In this document: one piece after another, positions 1-9,001 of the stretch
How the letters are laid out: each line of letters opens with the position of its first letter
Numbering within the stretch: the stretch's first letter is position 1
Assembly: GCA_963804375.1 (NCBI GenBank)
Contig: CAWDQE010000019.1
Span: forward strand, 481,712 to 545,711
Direction: 5' to 3'
From: an uncultured Planctomycetia bacterium
Lineage (GTDB): Bacteria; Planctomycetota; Planctomycetia; Pirellulales; Thermoguttaceae
Length of the DNA stretch: 64,000 nucleotides
Made by a program: the position numbers and the translations under genes
Notes under the pieces: model-generated
What the model was told of the DNA's origin: nothing
Seen by the model: the letters and a program-made list of their open reading frames with translations, nothing else
The model's database searches: none

Positions 1-450
1 TGACGCGCCGGCGACGATGCGGTCCGGATAATGGGCGGCGGCCCGCAGCACGATGGCGCCGCCCATACAATAGCCGACGGCGCCCACCTTGCTGCCCTTC
101 ACTTGCGGCTGCTGACTCAGGAACTGCAACCAAGCTCCGGAGTCGCGAACGACGACGTCGGGCGTAAGCTGTTGAATAAGGCCGAACACCTTTGCCCTTT
201 CCGCCTCGGCGGTGAACACCTTCGCGGCGTCCAGGAGCGGCGAGCGGCCGGCCCGATAGAAGAGCTTGGGCTGCAGGACATAATAGTCTGCGGCCGCCAG
301 TCGGCGTGCCATCGCGTGCATTTCCGGGCGGATGCCAAGCCCATCCATGAAGAAAATGACGGCCGGCCAGGAGCCTGGGCCATCGGGATAGAACCCATGG
401 GAATCGGCGATGCCATCCGGCGTCTTGATGTCCAAGGCTTGTTCGGTCAT
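1..450 (-). CDS. Dienelactone hydrolase family protein, partial (C-terminus lies beyond window start)
   Basis: Not in the ORF track because it runs off the edge. Reverse-strand translation from ATG (450-448) gives MTEQALDIKTPDGIADSHGFYPDGPGSWPAVIFFMDGLGIRPEMHAMARRLAAADYYVLQPKLFY...KVGAVGYCMGGAIVLRAAAHYPDRIVAGAS. The G-Y-C-M-G-G nucleophile elbow and overall layout are typical of DLH-fold hydrolases. Confidence 0.8.
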   Translation of the reverse strand, partial: MTEQALDIKTPDGIADSHGFYPDGPGSWPAVIFFMDGLGIRPEMHAMARRLAAADYYVLQPKLFYRAGRSPLLDAAKVFTAEAERAKVFGLIQQLTPDVVVRDSGAWLQFLSQQPQVKGSKVGAVGYCMGGAIVLRAAAHYPDRIVAGAS

Positions 451-742
451 GGGGCTCACTTGGGTAGTGGTGTTCTGATATTGGCAGCGGCCCGCCAAAC
501 TTCGCGGCCGATATGATCGCTGCTAGACTTGGTGCCGGGCAAGAACGGGCACCTGACTGGCGTGCACGTCTTCGAACGTGTAAACCAATGCGAACCGCCG
601 CGGGTCCATCTGGCGGTCTACAACTGGGACCACTTGGACCGCGTGAAGATCGACTTGAACGGCATTCTTACTCAGGGCCAGTCGTATCGTGTAATCAACG
701 TCCTGGATTTCTCCGCGTCTGGTCAACGTCCTGGACAACCTG

Positions 743-1606
743 TCACTTGATGCCGTTTCCACTGTGTGCGACCACAAAGTCAGCCAATTCCTGGCAATGA
801 AAGAACTCGTCGCAAACCTGATGGCCTTTGCCTGGGATAACGATCAGTCGCACGGTTCCCCCCAATGCGCGATAGCGACGGGCCAGTTCGCCGGAATTCT
901 TCTCCAACGGGACAACCGTGTCGGCATCACCGTGGACGTGCAGGATCGGCACACCGGCCTTAGCCAGCGAGGATAGCCGGTCGATCGGGTTGTGCTCGGC
1001 GAGGTGAGCCTCCAATTCGGCCGCACGGAGGCCATAGGCGCCGCATGCCCGTTCCAGCCCCGGGGAGCTCCGCAGGTCGCACACGCTGTAGATCCCCGCG
1101 ATACAAGCCACACGTCCGGGATTCTCGGCGGCCCAATTATAGAGCATCGGCCCGCCGCGACTCTGGGGCAACAGGCATGCCTTCTCAGCCATGCGGTAGC
1201 GCGTGGTAAGCGTCTCCCACAGCGCCGTGTAGACTTTCCGGCCTTGCGGACTGCCGTACGATTCGCCCACATCCACGCCGGCCATGCCGATCCCCTTTTC
1301 CAACCATTGACGGAGCAGCCACGTGTGTTCGGTATTCGGATGGCCAATGACGGGAGCATACCAAACCCAGGGCATTGGCCGGGCCGTTTCTTCGCCCTTC
1401 GGCCGGATCAGGAACGCGGGACAGCCATGCACGTCGAAGAAATCCAGGGTGCAGGGGAGTTGGTCGGCAAGTTCTTTCACGGATGGGATCGACCTTGGCC
1501 GCGGGTTCGGTTCACCAGCGGTGGCGCGATTCACACCGGTGCCGGACAGATTTACCCAGGCCAGTATCGTCGCCAGCCCGATCACGGGAACTTGCATCCG
1601 CTTCAT
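743..1606 (-). CDS. Secreted alpha/beta-fold hydrolase (esterase / peptidase S9-like)
   Basis: 287-aa ORF with a signal-like N-terminus (MKRMQVPVIGLATILAWVNLSG). C-terminal HVHGDADTVVPLEKN...IVIPGKGH matches the acid/His part of alpha/beta-hydrolase catalytic triads. Confidence 0.8.
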   Translation of the reverse strand: MKRMQVPVIGLATILAWVNLSGTGVNRATAGEPNPRPRSIPSVKELADQLPCTLDFFDVHGCPAFLIRPKGEETARPMPWVWYAPVIGHPNTEHTWLLRQWLEKGIGMAGVDVGESYGSPQGRKVYTALWETLTTRYRMAEKACLLPQSRGGPMLYNWAAENPGRVACIAGIYSVCDLRSSPGLERACGAYGLRAAELEAHLAEHNPIDRLSSLAKAGVPILHVHGDADTVVPLEKNSGELARRYRALGGTVRLIVIPGKGHQVCDEFFHCQELADFVVAHSGNGIK

Positions 1607-1821
1607 TTTCCCCTCCTTGACCGGCTACCCGGCCGAATCTTGGTATCACATCTCCGCCATGGCCCTTTGCCCCAGCATACGCACCCCAAAACCGGTTTGC
1701 CGGCGGGTGTCCTTGTGGAGCACAATCCAACGATCGAGAAACCGCAGCAGCAGCGAAGACTGCTGCGTGCGCGTGAAGGACACCCGCTCGACCTCGGCCA
1801 ACCCCGCAAGCGGGAGTCGCC

Positions 1822-2862
1822 TCAGCCTCGCCAAGGCCGTTTACGGCCGTGGACTTTCTGCACGTTCTCGATCGCGATCTTGACGTCGGTCTCGACCTGA
1901 AAATCAAACATCCCCGCGATAATGAAATCTGCGCCGTGGCGGTAGGCGTGTGAGAACGCCATCCGCGGCGGAATCGCCCCGGCCGCCATCACCTTGAACG
2001 CCACCCAGGGCTTCTCGACGGTTTCCATGAAGGCAATGGTCTCTTCGGGATTGTTGCACCACATGTTGTCGTCGTTCGCGTCGTGGTCGGACGAGTCTGG
2101 CCCCATCCAGTCATATTCCTTCCGCCGGGTTTTCGGCGTGGCCGACCAATATCGGTCCATGTGCAGCGTCTTCACATAGAAATCGAGATTGACCTTGTGC
2201 TTCTCGCACGCGATGGGCATGTTCAGCGAATGGCCGCCTACCCCGGCCGGCAGGCCTTGGGCCTTGATCAGATCAACCATCTGTCCGATCACATCCATCT
2301 TTCCGCCGTTCATCATGTGCGAGTCCGTAACCCCGCCGTGCGAATAGATCAGTGTCGCGCCCAAGTCCACCTGCCGTTTGATCGTCTCGTTCATTTCCGT
2401 CTTATTCTCGTGGAGCGTGACGCAGACCATGGTTTGGATCTTGTCGCTCCGCTGCCGGTTGTACTTCGTCACCGGACCCCAGCAAGCAGGGTCCAACTGG
2501 ATCGTGTTGATACCGCATGCCTGCGCCAACTCCAGGGTCTCGAAGATTTTGGCCTCGGTGTTGTAGGTGGTAAAGAGCTTGGAGGCGTACATCAGGTCGC
2601 GGCTATGAGCCCACCCACCGATCAAGTTGCCACCCAGCAACAGCCGGCTGATCGACACCTTGCCGATCTTCCCGCATGGCAGGCTGCCCGGGGGAATATC
2701 GGTCTTGGGCCTATCCGTCTTGTCCGCCGCGGGCCGAGCAGCCCCGCTTTCCGTCGCGGCCCGGAGGATATTCTCCTCGATGCTACTGCACGCCGCACCG
2801 ATCCCGACAGCGCCCGCGACCCCGCGGGCCAGGAAACACCGCCGATCTGTCTTGTCTGCCAT
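1822..2862 (-). CDS. Tat-signal exported protein of unknown function
   Basis: 346-aa ORF with a twin-arginine motif (DRRCFLARGVAGAVGIGAA) at the N-terminus and protein-like composition. The overlapping + strand ORFs are Arg/Pro-rich. I do not recognise the family. Confidence 0.7.
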   Translation of the reverse strand: MADKTDRRCFLARGVAGAVGIGAACSSIEENILRAATESGAARPAADKTDRPKTDIPPGSLPCGKIGKVSISRLLLGGNLIGGWAHSRDLMYASKLFTTYNTEAKIFETLELAQACGINTIQLDPACWGPVTKYNRQRSDKIQTMVCVTLHENKTEMNETIKRQVDLGATLIYSHGGVTDSHMMNGGKMDVIGQMVDLIKAQGLPAGVGGHSLNMPIACEKHKVNLDFYVKTLHMDRYWSATPKTRRKEYDWMGPDSSDHDANDDNMWCNNPEETIAFMETVEKPWVAFKVMAAGAIPPRMAFSHAYRHGADFIIAGMFDFQVETDVKIAIENVQKVHGRKRPWRG

Positions 2863-2936
2863 GGCTGGCTCCTTTTCTATGGAATGTTTCTTTGCTTGTA
2901 CTCCAGACCGGGATGAAAGTCAACCGGCAGTTCTCA

Positions 2937-3428
2937 CTATCGGCCATTTTCGGTTGAAGTACCGGCGCCCTTGCGAATGCAGAATAACGAACTTCCGGAA
3001 CGGATGAAGATTCGCCCACCAGAGATTGCCGGGACGGGGAACTCCGACTTGACCCACAGCAGGTCGCACCACTTCATTGCCCAGTAGTCGGAAAATTCCT
3101 CTCGCTCCAACAGGCGATCGATGAGCTTACGGCGTTTGTCGGCAGCGGTATCCTTTAAGAACTCCGATGCCTCGTCGACCGTGGGGAGCGTGCCGATGAC
3201 ATCCAAGTAGACACGGCGCAGGAAAACCCCGTCCGAGCACACCCTGGCCGAGGTAATGCCCAGTTGTCTGAGCCGCCCCAGGACCAACTCGTCGATCTGG
3301 CCCTGGGAGACCGGATCGGAGTTGCTCTCAAAAACAGATACTGGGGCTTGTGCTCCAGGCGTGCCGGCCAGGGCCGGCATCCCTATCGCGGTTGCCAAGA
3401 TTACGGCGACCAGCAAAGATCTTTTCAT
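2937..3428 (-). pseudogene. DUF1549 (PSCyt2-type) family gene, N-terminal remnant only
   Basis: From ATG at 3428: signal MKRSLLVAVILATAIGMPALA, then ...LRRVYLDVIGTLPTVDEASEFL...KRRKLIDRLLEREEFSDYWAMKWCDLLWVKSEFP, the canonical start of DUF1549 proteins. These are normally several hundred aa longer, with a DUF1553 half. Homology leaves frame near ~3040 (the next frame reads NLWWANLHPFRKFV, resembling the family NLWPNAVQAYHRWI) and the rest is absent. Confidence 0.7.
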
Positions 3429-3441
3429 GAGATGTATGAAC

Positions 3442-4338
3442 TCAGTCATAGTTTCCCAGCGGCATCCCGTCGTTCCGTGCGGCCAGATTTTCAAGCGTCG
3501 CGCCATCGATTTCGGTTCGGAGGAAGTGAATGGAACCGTCGGCGAAACAGAAACTTGCGCCCCCGGGGTGATTGCTGCCGAAGGCTTGCAGGCCTATTCC
3601 GTTGATACACCAATTTGGATCAGAATTGATCCACCACATGGCGTCGCTTATCAAGACGGTTTCCTGGCCGACTGCAATTGAAATATCGACGGAACCGTGC
3701 ATTCCCGCCCAGATGGCCCCGTTATGGCCGGGGTTGAGTCCGCTGAGCGTGCATTCGCCGACGATCAGGGTATGGGAAGAGCCATCGGTAATCTTGCCGA
3801 TCGAAATGTTGCTATTCATGTAGATCACGCCGTTCTCGGTCATTGCGGTTGGGTAGTCGAAGGTCAGCATCGTGATATTCCCCATTACGCCGCGATAGTT
3901 CGACTTTCCGTGAAGGTCTTTCTGGTCGTTCAGGACGTTGCCGAGATCCGAGGGACACAGGAAAAGGGGCATCGGCCGCTGGGTGTCGGCGGTCGCGGGA
4001 GCCAATATCGCTCCGTTGCCGAATTGCTGCGATTCGACCCCCAATGCCTTGTACACACCTCTTTCCTCAAGGTAAGGCAAAACGTAACTGGACCAAGACC
4101 AATGTGGATACCAACAGTTCTGCGCATTCGCCAGGTAGCCAGGCGGAAAGTATTCGTGACTGGAATGAAAGCCGTGCAGGGCTACTCCGAGTTGATGCAG
4201 ATGATTCTGACAGATCGCACGCCTCGCTGCCTCCCGGGCGGACTGGATTGCCGGCAAGAGCAAGCCGATCAGCACCCCGATGATGGCAACCACGACCAAG
4301 ATCTCCACGAGGGTGAAACCGTGCGTCGGGCGTTTCAT
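3442..4338 (-). CDS. DUF1559 domain protein (pseudopilin-like; prepilin N-terminal cleavage/methylation motif, H-X9-DG C-terminus)
   Basis: N-terminus MKRPTHGFTLVEILVVVAIIGVLIGLLLPAIQSAREAARR carries the N-methylation motif. C-terminal HPGGASFCFADGSIHFL is the H-X9-DG signature. Confidence 0.92.
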   Translation of the reverse strand: MKRPTHGFTLVEILVVVAIIGVLIGLLLPAIQSAREAARRAICQNHLHQLGVALHGFHSSHEYFPPGYLANAQNCWYPHWSWSSYVLPYLEERGVYKALGVESQQFGNGAILAPATADTQRPMPLFLCPSDLGNVLNDQKDLHGKSNYRGVMGNITMLTFDYPTAMTENGVIYMNSNISIGKITDGSSHTLIVGECTLSGLNPGHNGAIWAGMHGSVDISIAVGQETVLISDAMWWINSDPNWCINGIGLQAFGSNHPGGASFCFADGSIHFLRTEIDGATLENLAARNDGMPLGNYD

Positions 4339-4621
4339 CTAGCGACCTCTTTGCTCGAAGACTACCGAGCTCGCGGATCCCACACAGGCAGGGGGTTTTC
4401 AGGAGAAACTGGCCTGCTCTAACGTCATGCTACCTCATTTTGACGGCAGAGGAAAGCGGAGGAGCAGGAAGCGGGGGAAATCCGAAATCCGAAGCAAATC
4501 AGAAATAGGAAAGACCGATGAGCCCGACTGGCGGTCAACCCCCGTCCAAGATTCTGCCAGTATTTCTACGCCAATTCCGGACTGAATCCGGTTTATCAGC
4601 ATAGGGGCCAGTGCAACGTGC

Positions 4622-6660
4622 GCAGAGGTTGCGCACCCGAATGGCACTAGCTTAAGGAAAGATGTCGGGCGTCGGCCTCGTCATCATATCGGCAGTTCGC
4701 CTATCTTGACATTTGGCGTTTGGGCAACAATTGACAGAGCCGCAGTGCCTGTCTGGGCCTGACGTGCAAGGCAACCCGAAACACGCCCCAACTCCAAATA
4801 GCGCAAGCTGGGGCTCTTGGCTTTTTGGATCTGTGGAAGTCGAGTGACCGAACAGAGCAGTCTATACAGACGTATAGATACTGAAGGCTGGTCACGGTGA
4901 TCGGCACATTACATTCTGGCGAGGCAGTCACGTTGACCGAGGGCACGGAAGTACACCCGGGCATTGCGGCCTGGGAATAGGTCCAGGGGGCATCGCGTTC
5001 TAATCAGGGGCTGGAATCGCCTTCAATCGGCAGGCGGTTCCATGTCGAGTCTGGATGCGGTACGCGCCCGCTTTGCGCAATGAGGGACTTCCCTTCGCGG
5101 ATATTTTGACGGAGGCCAGCATCCAGAAGGTGCTCAACGAATATGGCGTGTCGTATCGGGATCGAGTGTTCAGTCCAGTGACGACGATTTGGGGGTTCCT
5201 AAGTCAAGTGCTCAGCGAAGACCACAGTTGCCGCGATACGGTGTCGCGAATCATTGCCCACCGGACAGCCCATGGCATGGCGATGTGTTCGCCCAATACG
5301 GCCAGTTACTGCACCGCGCGAAGTCGTATTTCCACTGGTGTTCTCTCGACTTTGGCAAAGCGGACGGCAGAAGAGTTGCACGCCAGCGTTGATGACCGGT
5401 GGAAATGGAACGGTCGCTCCGTGTTCATTCTCGACGGATCGAGCGTCTCGATGCCGGACACGCCCGAGAACCGAGCGATGTATCCGCAGCCGCCCAATCA
5501 AAAGCCGGGGCTCGGTTTTCCGCTGGCACGGATCACGGTGCTGCTCTCCCTGGCAACCGGCGCTTGCCACGATTTGGCCATCGCGCCGTACGCCGGCAAG
5601 GGCACTGGCGAAAAGAGCCTCTTCCGACGCCTGTATGACACGCTCAAGCCCGGTGATGTAGTGCTTGCCGACGCCCTGTTCGACGATTACTTCATCGCCT
5701 GCGAATTGCGCAATCGAGGTATCGATCTGGTTGTTCACGAGCACTTCGATCGAGTAGGAAGTCAGGTATCAGAAAGCAGATCGGATGGCGATATCCTCGT
5801 TTGGCATCGCCCCAACAAGCCGCACGGAATGACGGGAGAGAAATACCGGACCTACCCCAAGCAGCTCTTAATGCGGCAGGTGGCGGTGGACGCGCGTGAC
5901 AAAAACAATCGCGTCCAACAATTCAAAGTCGTTACCACGATTCTCACGCCCTCGATCGATGGCCAGCAGATCGCGGCTTTGTATGAGCACCGCTGGGCAG
6001 GAGAGGTCGATATCCGCTCGATCAAGTGCATCATGCAGATGGACATCCTGCGCTGCAAGACGCCCGACATGGTTCACAAAGAGATCTGGACTCACCTGCT
6101 GGCGTACAACTTGCTCCGCACCGTCATGGCCGTGGCCGCCCACGAGAACAACATCGAACCTCGCCAGGTGAGTTTCAAAGGTGCCAAGCAAGCCGTGACT
6201 GCCTTTGCACCGAAGATTGAATTTGCTCGGCCCGAGGAACGCGGGCGTTTGGTCGATGCGCTGCTGTCGACCATTGCTTATCACCGTGTAGGCGACCGCC
6301 CCGGACGCTGGGAACCGCGGGCGCGCAAACGACGCCCGAGGAAAGCCAACAGGCTTATGCAACCTCGAGACATCGCTAAGTTGCCGCAGAACCGATCCAA
6401 GTGGTTCTGATGCGTGCCTTGCAGAGTCATCAACGCCCAACGGCGGTTCTCTCGATGGATGCTGACTTGACCGTGCCGCCAAGGCCCACGGCATGATCCC
6501 TTCTTGGCCTCGTCCTCGATCAGACACACGTTCCGGCATGCGGCATGTCCAGGACCGCCATGCGATGGAGCCACACTGCCGTCACCGCTTCGTGCGCCGC
6601 CAACGGCCAAACGGACCGCCCGAAGCTTAAGCTAGTGCCATTCGTTGCGCACCCTACTGG
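4622..6660 (+). mobile_element. IS4-family insertion sequence (~2.0 kb) with imperfect ~28-30 bp terminal inverted repeats
   Basis: Left 4629-4656 TTGCGCACCCGAATGGCACTAGCTTAAG matches the reverse complement of 6626-6654, GGGTGCGCAACGAATGGCACTAGCTTAAG (19 nt exact, the rest with one indel). One transposase ORF lies inside. I could not resolve the exact outer ends or a target duplication by eye. Confidence 0.7.
5055..6410 (+). CDS. IS4 family DDE transposase
   Basis: 451 aa with an IS4-type N-terminal domain (LPFADILTEASIQKVL...RDRVFSPVTTIWGFLSQVL). Acidic residues sit in ILDGSSVSMPD and VVLADALFDDY. YEHRWAGEVDIRSIK is an exact Y-x2-R-x3-E-x6-K signature, diagnostic of the IS4 family. Confidence 0.92.
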   Translation: MRYAPALRNEGLPFADILTEASIQKVLNEYGVSYRDRVFSPVTTIWGFLSQVLSEDHSCRDTVSRIIAHRTAHGMAMCSPNTASYCTARSRISTGVLSTLAKRTAEELHASVDDRWKWNGRSVFILDGSSVSMPDTPENRAMYPQPPNQKPGLGFPLARITVLLSLATGACHDLAIAPYAGKGTGEKSLFRRLYDTLKPGDVVLADALFDDYFIACELRNRGIDLVVHEHFDRVGSQVSESRSDGDILVWHRPNKPHGMTGEKYRTYPKQLLMRQVAVDARDKNNRVQQFKVVTTILTPSIDGQQIAALYEHRWAGEVDIRSIKCIMQMDILRCKTPDMVHKEIWTHLLAYNLLRTVMAVAAHENNIEPRQVSFKGAKQAVTAFAPKIEFARPEERGRLVDALLSTIAYHRVGDRPGRWEPRARKRRPRKANRLMQPRDIAKLPQNRSKWF

Positions 6661-7135
6661 ATCGCTGCGGGGATGACCGGCAGATTCTCGGCGGCGTCAA
6701 ATTCCCCGTCGTCATCGCTCAGCCCTAGCCCAGCAGAGCAAAGGCACCGAAGCCGCTCGACTTGCTCGATCAAGCTCCCCTTCATGCTGCTTCCGTCCAT
6801 CGCGACGGGATGGAAAGAATGGCAGGGCCGTCCTCTTGATCGTCGTCGAAAACAGTATCCCCGGCGACGGACGTATAGAACGCTTCTGACTTCGCCTACG
6901 CAAGCCGTAGCCGGGCAGGCCCAAGGCGCACCGGCGGTGAGCAACACCAGTGTGCTCGGTTCGAGGTGTGGTACCGCCAGCGGGTCTTGCCGCGTGATGT
7001 CGCTGATCGCCTGAAGTAATGGGACGCGGCCGGGGATGTCAAGAAAAACTGGGTCACCCAGCGGCAAATTTGCCACGCCAGAGGTAGCCAGCATTGCCGA
7101 TCAGGGGGAAAGCGGTGCATTTCCTTGCGCACGTC

Positions 7136-7270
7136 GGAGTGTCCCTCGAATGTCACTAGCATAAGCGTGAAGCGTTCGGCCAGCCTACAACGGCTTGTGG
7201 TGGCACGCCAACGCAGGTACGATTCATTGTGGTCGCCTGCCTTAAGCTAGTGACATTCGAGTGCCCCTCC
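7136..7270. mobile_element. 135-bp MITE-like element (or internally deleted IS) with 30-bp TIRs related to the neighbouring IS4-family element
   Basis: 7136-7165 GGAGTGTCCCTCGAATGTCACTAGCATAAG matches the reverse complement of 7241-7270, GGAGGGGCACTCGAATGTCACTAGCTTAAG. The core is ~75 nt with no ORF. The inner GAATG.CACTAGC.TAAG matches the TIRs at 4629-4656 and 6626-6654. Confidence 0.5.
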
Positions 7271-7587
7271 GCCGCGTCCAAGGACTCGTTCCACTCAGAG
7301 GCAGCTAACCCCGCTGGTGATGCCGTAGACTTGCACCCGAGAGTGCCCCGGTTGCTTCCCAATTTTCACGAGTTCTCGGGGCTTTGGCTGAGAGACGGCA
7401 ATCTGGGACTGCCTATCCGTAGCCATCGCGTATCCGCCGCCAAGGCGGCCCCGGGGACCTATGGCATGAAAGCAAGGATTTCTCGATTGCGCTGGCTTGA
7501 CTTCCCTTGGTTTCCCACGAAAACTTATGTGCATCTGCGAAAAACGCCTCAGTCGCGTTTCCTAACTGAGCCCCCTTATGTTGTTAA

Positions 7588-8142
7588 ATGTCCGAAGTCA
7601 CTCGACTCTTGTCGCAAGTCGCATCCGGCGACCCTCAGGCAGCCGAGCAACTCTTGCCGCTGATGTACGACGAACTGCGCAAGCTCGCCGCACAGAAGAT
7701 GGCCCAGGAAAAGCCCGGCCAGACGCTCGACGCTACCGGCCTGGTCCACGAAGCCTACTTGCGGCTGGTAGGCGATACGGGAGCACGCCTCGCCTTCCAT
7801 GACCGCGGTCACTTCTTCACGGCAGCGGCCGCGGCGATGCGCCGTATCCTGATTGACAACGCCCGCCGCAAACGAGCCCAGAAACACGGTGGCGGCCTCC
7901 AGCGTCAGCCCCTGGACGCGGTTGCTGCTCCGGAGCCTGACGAGAATCTCCTGGCCCTCGACGAGGCCCTCGAAAAGCTGGCCGCGCAAGACCCCGTCAA
8001 GGCGCGGCTGGTGGAACTGCGGTATTTTGCCGGCCTGACCAGCGACCAGGCCGCGGAAGTCCTGGGAATCGCTCCCAGCACGGCCGACCGTCACTGGGCC
8101 TACGCCCGTGCGTGGCTCCGGGCAGAGGTCCGGAACGGCTGA
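7588..8142 (+). CDS. ECF-type RNA polymerase sigma factor (kinase-associated planctomycete type)
   Basis: 184 aa. N-terminus MSEVTRLLSQVASGDPQAAEQLLPLMYDELRKLAAQKM, region 2 LVHEAYLRLV, region 4 HTH LRYFAGLTSDQAAEVLGIAPSTADRHWAYARAWL. A Ser/Thr kinase gene follows directly. Confidence 0.92.
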   Translation: MSEVTRLLSQVASGDPQAAEQLLPLMYDELRKLAAQKMAQEKPGQTLDATGLVHEAYLRLVGDTGARLAFHDRGHFFTAAAAAMRRILIDNARRKRAQKHGGGLQRQPLDAVAAPEPDENLLALDEALEKLAAQDPVKARLVELRYFAGLTSDQAAEVLGIAPSTADRHWAYARAWLRAEVRNG

Positions 8143-8225
8143 AAGCAGCGCCCGAAAGGAATTCGTCGGAATCCGTGGTGCTTTCTCCACCGGTTTTTCG
8201 CTTTAACGATAGAGGCCCAAAACGA

Positions 8226-9001
8226 ATGTCGTGGAAGATCCCCATGACCGAAGAAACCCTGTTCCATCTTGCCCTGGAGAAGTCGCCCGACGAGCGAGGC
8301 GACTTCCTGGACGATACCTGTGCGGGCGATGCCGCGTTGCGCGAGCGGGTGGAAGTACTTCTGCGAGCCCACGAGGCCTCCGGTAGTTTCATGGACCGGC
8401 CCCCATTTGCCGGCGCGGATGCGGTGGGGAGAACCTTGGACCAGCCAGCCCTCCTTCCCCGACATTCCGAGTCTGCTCGCGAAGCCGCAACCGTGCCCCC
8501 CAGTGGGCCGGCGTCCGCCGATTCGGCGATTGGAACCCAGGTCCGCTACATTGGCGACTATGAACTCTTAGAAGAGATCGACCGGGGCGGCATGGGCGTG
8601 GTCTACAAGGGCGCCAGGTTTCGCTCAACCGAATTGTCGCGGTGAAAAAGATCCTGGCCGGGCAACTTGCCACAAAAACCGACCATGATCGTTTTCACAG
8701 CGAGGCGCAGGCGGCGGCGCTCTTGGATCATCCCAATATTGTGCCGGTGTTTGAAGTCGGTGAGTACCAGGGACAACATTATTTCTCGATGGGGTACGTG
8801 GATGGCAAGAGTCTCGCAACCCGCCTGACCGAAGGGCCAATGCTGCCGAAGGAAGCAGCGGAAATCGTAGCCAAGGTGGCTGGCGCGGTGGAATATGCCC
8901 ATCGGCAAGGCGTGATCCATCGCGACATCAAGCCCTCGAACGTGCTTGTTGATTCGACTGGCCGGCCGCGCGTGACCGACTTTGGACTGGCTAACCAATG
9001 A
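8226..9001 (+). pseudogene. Ser/Thr protein kinase, frameshifted (~8610) and truncated right after the DFG motif
   Basis: ORF 8112-8645 holds the N-terminal MTEETLFHLALEKSPDERGDFLDDTCAGDAALRERVEVLL and the Gly-loop GGMGVVYKG. The frame then breaks, and the next frame continues RQVSLNRIVAVKKILAG...HPNIVPVFEVGEY...VIHRDIKPSNVLVDSTGRPRVTDFGLA, then NQ-stop at 9001. Everything after subdomain VII is missing. The start could be 8226 or 8244. Confidence 0.8.

Noticed and set aside
31-516. 161-aa + strand ORF at the window start
   Set aside because: It is a shadow of the dienelactone hydrolase gene, which is encoded on the - strand (1-450) and gives a far more protein-like translation with a G-x-C-x-G nucleophile motif.
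513-750. Possible orphan C-terminal fragment (..VHLAVYNWDHLDRVKIDLNGILTQGQSYRVINVLDF..) resembling tails of secreted planctomycete enzymes
   Set aside because: It is only ~70 codons with no upstream coding partner, because the DLH gene start is at 450. My recognition rests on a vague motif memory, which is not enough to call a feature.
4478-4512. Short low-complexity repeat GAAATCCGAAATCCGAAGCAAATCAGAAATAGG upstream of the DUF1559 gene
   Set aside because: It has only about three degenerate units. It is too short to call a tandem repeat or CRISPR-like array and is probably a common intergenic motif.
6654-7094. 146-aa - strand ORF filling the gap between the IS and the MITE-like element
   Set aside because: No motif is recognisable in any frame. 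The composition is patchy and overlapping ORFs exist in several frames. It is more likely scrambled remains of a disrupted gene than a functional CDS.
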